Assembly (NCBI GenBank): GCA_050293845.1
Contig: JBNKNM010000108.1
Span: 1-17,771, forward strand
DNA from: Pseudobacteriovorax sp.
GTDB lineage: Bacteria; Bdellovibrionota_B; Oligoflexia; Oligoflexales; Oligoflexaceae
DNA: 17,771 nucleotides
Direction of reading: 5' to 3'
The notes under the pieces are model-generated. The model was not told the origin of the DNA and did no database searches. It saw only the letters and a list, made by a program, of their open reading frames with translations. The position numbers and the translations under genes are program-made. Below are positions 1 to 7,505 of the stretch, one piece after another (the first letter of the stretch is position 1; every line of letters starts with the position of its first letter).

Positions 1-300
1 CGATATTATAATAGCTATACTTCGATTTACTAGATGTTTTTTATATTATTGCATTTATAGGAAATATCTAGAAGATCCGGGCCTGTATCAATGGAAGCCC
101 CCGCACTTCCCCCTCCCATAAGTCCTCCGGATGGGTGTATTCTCTGCATGGGAAACTTACCCTGCTCAAATGAACCAGGATCTGAAACATGGAATCCTCA
201 TTGTTACTTTGAACTACCTTGTCGTTAATGGTGCGAATCAGGTCTACTGTTGTTACCTGAATCGCGAGCAAGATGTGAACTCCATGTAACTCTCAGGTTT

Positions 301-795
301 TCATAATTGACAGATCGAAACCGCTTCAAGCTTTTTACTCATCAACTCAGCAAAGGACTTTGTTAACAGTCCATTTTGGGCATGAATATTTAACCGTACA
401 ACAGCGTCACCTATTTTGCTGCATACCGCTAGTTGTGTCGAAAGCTGCGAACTGTCACTTTCTCCTGTAGCCTCAGAATCATTTAAGTTCTTCAAACCTT
501 CTTCAGCCACGATGAGATCATCTATCACATCTTCCACTGCTGGTTCTGCATTGGCAATCTCTTGGACTTCAGCCTTAACATCATCTACAACCTTTGCATC
601 TTCCCGCAAATCTTCTAGTTGATTTTGACTATTGGTTTCACCAGATTCGTCATTAATAGTAGCATTAGCTTCACTCTTTGCCACATCATTGGTAGCGGTT
701 GTTTCCTCTGCAGGCGTCTCTTCTCCATGATCCCCCACGCTAATTGAACATGCTGCCAACGATGCAAATGTCGCAATCAATAATAAATTTCTCAT
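301..795 (-). CDS. Acidic lipoprotein of unknown function
   Basis: The ORF track starts at 816, but ATG at 795 has GGAGA upstream and gives MRNLLLIATFASLAAC, a lipobox (LAA-C). An E/D/T-rich low-complexity region and a helical C-terminus follow. No family recognised. Confidence 0.75.
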   Translation of the reverse strand: MRNLLLIATFASLAACSISVGDHGEETPAEETTATNDVAKSEANATINDESGETNSQNQLEDLREDAKVVDDVKAEVQEIANAEPAVEDVIDDLIVAEEGLKNLNDSEATGESDSSQLSTQLAVCSKIGDAVVRLNIHAQNGLLTKSFAELMSKKLEAVSICQL

Positions 796-910
796 TGTGA
801 TGTCTCCATTTTTCATCCTGATCGGCTATAAAATACCTATTCTCAACCATTTATTTTTTTTGATTATGAAACCGTAGCTTATGCAGGAGTATTTCATAAA
901 GAAAGATTCC

Positions 911-1033
911 GTCAAATACCCCTACTTGAAGGAGGGGGCTTCCAGTCGGCAATCACCGCGAGATAAACAGAAAACACTGTCCCCCTCATAAGCAAGGTTT
1001 AGTCAAGTTCCTCCGCTAAGGAAGGAGGTTCCA
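911..1033. repeat. Two direct-repeat GTCAA-hairpin-TTCCA units resembling IS200/IS605 ends or REP elements
   Basis: Unit 1 at 911-944 is GTCAA-ATA-CCCCT-ACTTGAAGG-AGGGG-GCTTCCA. Unit 2 at 1002-1033 is GTCAA-GTT-CCTCC-GCTAAGGAA-GGAGG-TTCCA. Starts are 91 bp apart. The repeat is seen directly; the IS-end identity is by resemblance. Confidence 0.55.
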
Positions 1034-1094
1034 TTAGGGAGGCTACACGGACGAATAGGGTTGAGAGGGTATTAGGATGACCGCCCCCAGGTGG

Positions 1095-1502
1095 CTATAA
1101 ACTAGGAAAGCGAATCCCTTGCTGCCACTTCACAACTTCTATCTCATGACCTGTGGGATCGTTTAAATACCATGAATGAGAATGGGGATATTCCCATTCG
1201 TGATCAATGACTATATGCTCCGATTGTATTTTTGCTTTCCATGCGTCCTCATCATCTATGGTAAAGCCTATATGAGCGAAGCCATGAAGCTTTCGCTCCT
1301 TTTGTTGCTGACTGGAAAGAAATTCAGCACCCTTTCTTTCATATAAAGCTAATATAGCTTGATGAGATTGCAGAATAGCCCAGGGTGTGCCACGAAACAC
1401 ACCACGTTCTTTTTCTGCGAAACCAAAAACGCGCCCATACCATTGAATAGATTCATCCAGATTATCAACACTGAAGTTTAGGTGATCTAGTCGTTTTACC
1501 AT
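1095..1502 (-). CDS. VOC (glyoxalase/bleomycin resistance/dioxygenase) family protein
   Basis: Motifs RLDHLNFSV..LDESIQWY..VFGF, HIGF and YLNDPTGHEIEV; 135 aa; AAGGAG ribosome-binding site before ATG 1502. Confidence 0.92.
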   Translation of the reverse strand: MVKRLDHLNFSVDNLDESIQWYGRVFGFAEKERGVFRGTPWAILQSHQAILALYERKGAEFLSSQQQKERKLHGFAHIGFTIDDEDAWKAKIQSEHIVIDHEWEYPHSHSWYLNDPTGHEIEVVKWQQGIRFPSL

Positions 1503-1529
1503 AGCAATAGCTCCTTTTGCTTTAGTTGC

Positions 1530-1588
1530 TGTTATATATACGTTACGGAGATGTTGCTAATATTTCGTCGATTATGTTAATTTATCGT
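1530..1588. promoter_or_regulatory. Three 14-bp direct repeats (TGYTAWWWWWWCGT), candidate operators of the XRE regulator
   Basis: TGTTATATATACGT at 1530-1543, TGCTAATATTTCGT at 1555-1568 and TGTTAATTTATCGT at 1575-1588, all in the divergent VOC/XRE intergenic region. Confidence 0.45.
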
Positions 1589-1625
1589 CTGAATGTTGTC
1601 TTATGGTCGGAAAAGGAACGTTGCT

Positions 1626-2185
1626 ATGATAGATGCCAGCAACTATCTCGCGATAAATGTCAAAATGTTACGAAAATCACAAAATTTATCCCAAGACACC
1701 TTGGCAAAAATTTCTGGTATTCCCGCACAACCCTTACCCATATTGAGTCGGGTTCGGGAAACCCGAGCCTCAGCAATCTTATCAAAATTGCCACCGGACT
1801 GAGAGTGACAGTAGAAGAGCTTGTTAGCCCTCCTTTTAACCCTGTTCAGCTTATTCCTGCTAGCGAACTTCCCCAAGTCAGCCAGGCTAAAGGCATGGTC
1901 ACGATCACTAAAATACTCCCCGAGTCAAGCCGGGGGTTTGCCATAGATAAGGTTCTGATTAAAGGCCCCTACCGTATGAAAGGTTCCCCCCACAAAAAGG
2001 GAACCAAGGAATATTTGTGCTGTTTAAAAGGCAAAATGTCTTTATTTACTGAAGGTGAGAAGTTTTCTCTCAAAACAGGTGATCTGCTTATTTTTCCAGG
2101 TGACCAGCATCATTCCTATTTTAATGATGCTAAATCCGACCTTGAATTTATCAGTATTGTCAGCTTACCATCATCAATAGAATAA
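1626..2185 (+). pseudogene. XRE-family HTH + cupin transcriptional regulator (SutR/PuuR-like) with a 1-nt frameshift; pseudogene or sequencing error
   Basis: From ATG 1626 (AAGGA RBS) the frame reads MIDASNYLAINVKMLRKSQNLSQDTLAKISGIP. The HTH continues as RTTLTHIESGSGNPSLSNLIKIATGL in the -1 frame, then a cupin (H..GTKEYL..LKG, GD.L.FPGDQHHSY.N). Adding one C to CCC at 1722-1724 restores a 186-aa protein. Confidence 0.88.
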
Positions 2186-2255
2186 GAACTTCAATATGGA
2201 GGGTTGCTGCTCCTGAAGCACTATGTCAATGTTTTAAACACAGCTTCGCTAGAAG

Positions 2256-2777
2256 CTAACTACCAAGGTTTGTATGACTGATAGTATCAATGTCTATATT
2301 ATCCTGACTAAATTTCAGCTCCCATTGAGCAGCAATGCTTTGAGCGAGAATATGTAATAAACTAATATGACTGTTCTTAAGGTTCCTAGGCATATAGTCT
2401 AACACTGCCAGGCTACCAGCTACCTTCTGGCCAATAGAGATGGGAACGCCGCAATAGAAAACGGGGATCCGCTGGTCTCGATGCATATTTTTAATGTCAT
2501 TATTGAAGGTTGTATCTTTGATTAGCAGTAAGTCTTGATGGGTTTGGATATATCGATTGAAGTACGTCAGTTGCTCGCACTGTGGGGATACCCCCTCTCC
2601 TAAAGAAGCAACTATAGCAAATTGACTTTTGCCGAATAAACAGAGGATACCCACAGGCATTTCAGTTAGTTGCGTCATAGTTTTTAGTAACAATTGAAAT
2701 GCGTTATTCCAATCTAAAGGATTGTTAGATAAATTAACCAGAAAAGACTTTGGATTTATATTTTGTATTTGTGTCAA
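2256..2777 (-). CDS. Stand-alone GAF domain protein
   Basis: GAF-type signature LLIKDT..., FYCGVPI...VAGSLAVLDYMPR.L....LL..LA..I. TTG start is uncertain. Confidence 0.8.
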   Translation of the reverse strand: MTQIQNINPKSFLVNLSNNPLDWNNAFQLLLKTMTQLTEMPVGILCLFGKSQFAIVASLGEGVSPQCEQLTYFNRYIQTHQDLLLIKDTTFNNDIKNMHRDQRIPVFYCGVPISIGQKVAGSLAVLDYMPRNLKNSHISLLHILAQSIAAQWELKFSQDNIDIDTISHTNLGS

Positions 2778-2887
2778 GTTTTTTTCCGATCTTAGATATA
2801 TTTTGGAGCTTTATCGACGGAAAAACTACATATCATAAGTAAAAAGCTAAAGATTTAAATGGCTCTTATTAAAAATTAGAGGTTTAA

Positions 2888-3694
2888 GTGGAAACTATTT
2901 TAACCTATGAAGGTCAAATTCGATTAACTATTTTCTTCGGACTATTTATTGTATTTAGCGCTGTAGAATACTGGAAGCCGGCTAGGAGCTTAATACTGCC
3001 CCGACGCAAACGTTGGCCAGCTAATCTAGGGATCACTGTTATGAACACCTTAATTTTAAGGCTATTTTTCCCAACTGCAGCAGTGGGAGTTGCTGTATGG
3101 GCGCAGGGGCAAAAGTTCGGTATCATACACCAATTAAATCTGTCTGGCAGCTTCGGAGCCATCATAGGATCTGTAGTCTTACTGGATGTACTAATTTACT
3201 TTCAGCATCGCATTTTTCATAAAATTAACTTTTTTTGGCAATGGCATCAAGTTCATCATGCCGATCTCGGCTTCGATATTTCAACCGGAAGTCGCTTTCA
3301 TCCCATAGAAATTTTACTATCTATGATTATCAAGGTTTCTTTTATAACTCTTTGGGGGATTCACCCTATAGCTGTGATTATTTTTGAAATAATTTTAAGT
3401 TCTATGGCACTTTTTAATCATGGAAATTTTAAACTTCCAGCCAAACTAGAACCTATAGTTCGTTATTTATTGGTTACACCTGATATGCATCGGATTCATC
3501 ATTCGCAAATTGAATCCGAGACAGATTCCAACTATGGCTTTAATTTTTCCCTCTGGGATCGTATTTTTGGCAGTTATTGTGCTGTAAGCTCTAAAGGAGA
3601 AAACCTAGACATAGGTTTGCGGCAGTGGCACAAGGCAAGTGATACGGCGACATTAAAAGGGCTACTCTGCCTTCCCTTTAAAAAAAATATGTAG
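2888..3694 (+). CDS. Sterol desaturase / fatty acid hydroxylase family membrane di-iron enzyme
   Basis: His boxes HRIFH, HQVHH, FNHGN and HRIHH, plus RFHP.E and NYG...S.WDRIFGS; several hydrophobic segments; GAGG before the GTG start. Confidence 0.93.
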   Translation: METILTYEGQIRLTIFFGLFIVFSAVEYWKPARSLILPRRKRWPANLGITVMNTLILRLFFPTAAVGVAVWAQGQKFGIIHQLNLSGSFGAIIGSVVLLDVLIYFQHRIFHKINFFWQWHQVHHADLGFDISTGSRFHPIEILLSMIIKVSFITLWGIHPIAVIIFEIILSSMALFNHGNFKLPAKLEPIVRYLLVTPDMHRIHHSQIESETDSNYGFNFSLWDRIFGSYCAVSSKGENLDIGLRQWHKASDTATLKGLLCLPFKKNM

Positions 3695-3772
3695 CATACT
3701 CATCTCATCATTTTTCTAGGAGTGTTTTGACATAGGTAGAGATAGCATCTGTAAATTCCCGAGATATTTCAT

Positions 3773-3801
3773 CTGAAGAGGCGCTGCCATTCTTCAGTTT
3801 T
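3773..3801 (+). terminator. Probable intrinsic terminator of the desaturase gene
   Basis: CTGAAGA (3773-3779) pairs with TCTTCAG (3791-3797), with an inner GGC/GCC stem, followed by TTTT. Confidence 0.55.
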
Positions 3802-3998
3802 AAGATAGTTTTTTTTATTTTTTTCTGAAAAATTTGCATTTCGTCCATTTATTGTCCCCTGCAAGTACTTTATAATAGTAGCAAAGATTTGACGACCCTG
3901 ACTACATTCTAACGATTTAATTCAGGAGGAAAACTCTTTCGATATGACGATAAGGCAAAGGAGGGTCTGCTAACCACCTCCTTTATAATGGGGTAACT

Positions 3999-4940
3999 AT
4001 GGTAAATAGAGTTTTTCTCGTTACTCTGCTGCTAATAGTAGCTTGTTCTATTAATGATGCTAGATTATTTCCTAAGGATAATAATAATGATACAGCAGTA
4101 GAAAATATTCCTATTACTCCTCAAGAATACCGACTCATTGCCGGAGGGGATAACTCCTGTTATCTCTATGAGGAGGGCCGCGTGAAATGCTGGGGTCGCC
4201 ATAATCTTGATAACCTCAATCGTTATCGCATCACCAGCCTTGCATTAGGAGATCAGTATGCTTGTGGCGTCGATCAACAAAGTTCACCTTTCTGTATCAT
4301 CAAAGGTGACAACCAAGATGTCAACATTAATAGTGAAATCTTTGGTAAATCTTATACAATCCTAGCAAGCGGTCGTCAGCACCTTTGTGGCATCACACAA
4401 GATAAAGAACTTTCTTGCTGGGGAGATAATACTTATGGCCAAGCAAAAATTCCTAGTAATATTGCAGGTCGGGAGTTTATTTTTGTAGCTGCCGGCTATG
4501 ATCACAATTGCGCCATCAGCAGCAATGGTGAACCATTTTGTTGGGGGAGAAATGACCAAGGGCAAGCAACCATATCTAGTCGCATAGCCAATAAAGGTCT
4601 TACCAATCTTAGCCTTGGTGAAACCCACAGCTGCGGCCTGACGAATACAAAGGAAATATATTGCTGGGGCGGCATTCAATTTGAAGCCAGAAACACCAGT
4701 TACCTTTCCTTTACCTCTGGTAAAGATTTTGTATGCGCTATCAACTATAAAAATGATATTAAGTGTTGGTTCAAGGATAATAATGAACTGTTTACTACAG
4801 TACCTGAAAATAATTTCAAGAAAAACTATGTTCAAATCGCTGCGGGACACCAGCACCTGTGTGCCAGTACCAGTACAAAAAAGACTGCCTGTTGGGGAAA
4901 CAATGATTTTAAGCAGCTGGAGGCAGGGACTCTTCCTTAA
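3999..4940 (+). CDS. RCC1/BLIP-II-like repeat (beta-propeller) lipoprotein
   Basis: Lipobox in MVNRVFLVTLLLIVAC; about seven repeats of (A/S)G..H.C(G/A)(I/L)...G...CWG.N..GQ. Confidence 0.88.
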   Translation: MVNRVFLVTLLLIVACSINDARLFPKDNNNDTAVENIPITPQEYRLIAGGDNSCYLYEEGRVKCWGRHNLDNLNRYRITSLALGDQYACGVDQQSSPFCIIKGDNQDVNINSEIFGKSYTILASGRQHLCGITQDKELSCWGDNTYGQAKIPSNIAGREFIFVAAGYDHNCAISSNGEPFCWGRNDQGQATISSRIANKGLTNLSLGETHSCGLTNTKEIYCWGGIQFEARNTSYLSFTSGKDFVCAINYKNDIKCWFKDNNELFTTVPENNFKKNYVQIAAGHQHLCASTSTKKTACWGNNDFKQLEAGTLP

Positions 4941-4958
4941 GCGCTGTTGAAGCTATAC

Positions 4959-5555
4959 TTAGGCATAGGATGCGCCTAAAAATTTAATATTTTCAGGATC
5001 ATCGAGATGGCATTTACCAATACGTTCTTTTTTATCTAACTCTTCTTTCACTACTGAAATAGGCACATGATAATATTGAATCTGGTAAAGTATTTCTTGA
5101 ATATCATAATAATGAGACTTGAGAAGATTATAGATGTAGCCTAATTCATGGTCAGCGGTATTCTCTTGATCAACCTCGTCTTTTATCTGAATAGCTAGAT
5201 GCATTTTAGCAACCAATTCGTCCATCTTTATAGGTTTTTCCATTAAATTAGCAGCACCCATTTGCAAAACTTTTCGGGATATTTCAGGACTCAAATCGCC
5301 CGTAATAAAAATAGTTGGTATATTGATATATTTTTTCCTCAGCTCATGAGCGAGATCCAGTCCATCGATCATCGGCATTTGTATATCGCTCAGGATAATA
5401 TCGAACTTCTTTTGGGATAGGATTTGTTGAGCTGTGAAGGCATCCTGGGCAAAATCACATTCGAAATTTGCTTGCAGATTTTGAACTAGAATCATTCCAA
5501 ATTCGTAATTATCATCAACAATTAAGCAACGTTTATTTTGTCGTTCCATAACCAA
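4959..5555 (-). CDS. Response regulator: receiver domain plus an unrecognised ~75-aa C-terminal region
   Basis: LIVDDN, ILSDIQMP.IDG (phospho-accepting Asp), FITG and EKP motifs. No HTH or enzyme output domain recognised. Confidence 0.9.
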   Translation of the reverse strand: MVMERQNKRCLIVDDNYEFGMILVQNLQANFECDFAQDAFTAQQILSQKKFDIILSDIQMPMIDGLDLAHELRKKYINIPTIFITGDLSPEISRKVLQMGAANLMEKPIKMDELVAKMHLAIQIKDEVDQENTADHELGYIYNLLKSHYYDIQEILYQIQYYHVPISVVKEELDKKERIGKCHLDDPENIKFLGASYA

Positions 5556-5794
5556 CCCATAGCTTGGAGTTTGTGAACTATTGTGCTTTTAACAATCAAA
5601 TTTCTTATCTGCATCCCCCGTTAAAACTTAAAAGATGAAGGTATTTCGTAATAGTATTAACCGCTTAATATGTCATATTAGACATCCTATACTTCATGAT
5701 TTTACTTATTCTCTCTAAATTTATTGCATAGCTTTGTTTAGTGTTGAATTATAGCCGCGGAGAAGTAACGTTGCGCACCTACGGGGAGGTTTTT

Positions 5795-6484
5795 TTGGAT
5801 ATTCAGAATGTTAAGCTTTCCTCTTCATGGAAAGAGGTCCTCGCCACTGAGTTTCAAAAGCCATACATGCATGATTTAAAAGGATTTTTGGTCAAGGAAA
5901 TGCGGGCAAAGAAGGTCATTTACCCCAAGGGGAATGAGTACTTCCATGCCTTAAACTTAACACCTTTCGATAAAGTAAAAGTTGTCATACTTGGACAAGA
6001 CCCCTATCATGGGCCTAACCAAGCTCATGGTCTTTGTTTTTCCGTACAATCTGGAGTCGCTATTCCTCCATCTTTAGTTAATATTTATAAGGAATTGCAG
6101 TCGGATTTGGGAATTCCGCCCCACAGTCATGGCTTTTTAGAAAGTTGGGCTCGCCAAGGAGTACTATTACTAAATAGTGTGCTAACCGTAGAAGCCGGAA
6201 AAGCAGGATCTCATCAAAAACAGGGTTGGGAGATATTCACAGATAGTGTGATCAGTGAGTTAAGTCAAAAAAGAGAGCATCTGGCTTTTATATTATGGGG
6301 CGCTTATGCACAAAAAAAAGGCGCTGTCATAGATCGCGACCGTCATCTTGTTATTGAGTCCCCCCACCCCTCACCTTTATCGGCCCACAGAGGTTTTTTT
6401 GGCACGAAGCCATTTTCTCGAATAAACCGGTATCTGATCGATAATCAGAAAACGCCCATCGACTGGGAACTACCCGAAATATAA
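5795..6484 (+). CDS. ung: Uracil-DNA glycosylase, family 1
   Basis: [29 protein letters not shown] and HPSPLS motifs. The start is likely TTG 5795 after GGGGAGG, rather than 5741. Confidence 0.98.
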   Translation: MDIQNVKLSSSWKEVLATEFQKPYMHDLKGFLVKEMRAKKVIYPKGNEYFHALNLTPFDKVKVVILGQDPYHGPNQAHGLCFSVQSGVAIPPSLVNIYKELQSDLGIPPHSHGFLESWARQGVLLLNSVLTVEAGKAGSHQKQGWEIFTDSVISELSQKREHLAFILWGAYAQKKGAVIDRDRHLVIESPHPSPLSAHRGFFGTKPFSRINRYLIDNQKTPIDWELPEI

Positions 6485-6517
6485 CAAATCATTTTAACAT
6501 TCAAACGAGGCTGGTAC

Positions 6518-7222
6518 ATGGTTGAAAAAAAAGAAAGTCCCCTGAGCAGTATTTTATTAAATATAATCATCCCGTCAATAATCCTCATGAAGTTTAGCAC
6601 TGAAGATAGGCTGGGACCACTCTATGGACTGCTCGTCGCTTTAGCCTTTCCAATTGGTTATGGCATATACGATTTCTATGACCGAAAAAAAATTAACTTT
6701 GTTTCTATCTTGGGTTTGATCAGCACTTCCTTGACTGGAATTTTTACCCTAGTCAAGCTGCCCCCAGAATGGATAGCTTACAAGGAAGCATCCATCCCTC
6801 TCATTATTGGCATAACCATATTGGTATCCATGAAAACCAAATTTCCCTTAGTTCATAAACTTCTTTATAATAAAGCCATTTTAAACGTAGAAAAAATTGA
6901 CCTGATTTTAGTTGCAGGGAACAAGCAAGCGCAATTTGACAAAATCCTAGCCAAAACATCTTATCTGCTTTCGTCGTCATTCTTCCTTTCTGCAGCATTG
7001 AATTTTGGACTAGCCAAATACATTTTAGTTAGCGAGCCAGGCAGTGAGGCCTTCAACGAGGAGCTCGGACAGATGACTCTACTGAGTTACCCGGTGATTG
7101 TAGTGCCCTCAATGATCATTATGGTTCTTGCCTTGTTTACTATGTTGTCAGGAATTAAAAAGTTAACTGGCCTAACAGTTGAAGAGGTTCTACATCAACC
7201 TGCTGAAAAAGCTAAAAAATAA
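6518..7222 (+). CDS. Integral membrane protein, VC0807-like family
   Basis: About six hydrophobic segments; N-terminal LLNIIIPSIILMKFS...LGP..GL..ALAFP and KEA.IP resemble VC0807-family proteins; 33 bp downstream of ung, so probably co-transcribed. Confidence 0.75.
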   Translation: MVEKKESPLSSILLNIIIPSIILMKFSTEDRLGPLYGLLVALAFPIGYGIYDFYDRKKINFVSILGLISTSLTGIFTLVKLPPEWIAYKEASIPLIIGITILVSMKTKFPLVHKLLYNKAILNVEKIDLILVAGNKQAQFDKILAKTSYLLSSSFFLSAALNFGLAKYILVSEPGSEAFNEELGQMTLLSYPVIVVPSMIIMVLALFTMLSGIKKLTGLTVEEVLHQPAEKAKK

Positions 7223-7313
7223 GTCTGTCTTTGGGATATTTACAGTTCAGTATTTTTCATTGACCGCGTAAATACCCTTATGAAGCATCGTTGCATCATC
7301 GGCCTAATTTTCA

Positions 7314-7452
7314 TGTGAATAAATTAGGTAAGTCATCACTTCCAGTACCCTCTGTGGATAAAAAAAAATCGAAAAATTTTCTCTGCTAATAAGTCCCGAA
7401 CACCCTTGAACTTTCCTTCTGCTTTTCCTAAGTTTTACACAAGTTATTCACA
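7314..7452. promoter_or_regulatory. Four DnaA boxes (TTWTNCACA) upstream of nrdA
   Basis: Reverse orientation: TGTGAATAA 7314-7322 and TGTGGATAA 7353-7361. Forward orientation: TTTTACACA 7433-7441 and TTATTCACA 7444-7452. Confidence 0.8.
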
Positions 7453-7457
7453 GCCTA

Positions 7458-7505
7458 ACCCCATATTTAGGGGTTGACTCACTAGTCTCACACTATATAT
7501 GCTAT
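7458..7505. promoter_or_regulatory. Tandem NrdR boxes
   Basis: ACCCCATATTTAGGGG (7458-7473) and ACACTATATATGCTAT (7490-7505) against consensus acaCwAtATaTwGtgt. They are 32 bp apart start to start, about three helical turns, as is typical. The right half of the second box is degenerate. Confidence 0.75.
7474..7503 (+). promoter_or_regulatory. Sigma70-type promoter of nrdAB
   Basis: -35 TTGACT at 7474-7479, 18-bp spacer, -10 TATGCT at 7498-7503; flanked and overlapped by the NrdR boxes. Confidence 0.6.

Noticed and set aside
68..271. 67-aa minus-strand ORF
   Set aside because: TTG start, in-frame stop shortly upstream and no recognisable motif; cannot be supported as a gene, although it is not excluded.
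911..1033. CRISPR array
   Set aside because: Only two divergent units with a 57-nt gap and no cas genes.
1526..1625. N-terminal extension of the 219-aa ORF and the 69-aa ORF at 1593-1802 as separate genes
   Set aside because: Both are explained as halves of one frameshifted XRE-cupin gene starting at 1626.
7300..7460. Chromosomal origin oriC
   Set aside because: No dnaA, dnaN, gidA or parAB context and no evident unwinding-element repeats; the position at the nrdA promoter explains the boxes more simply.
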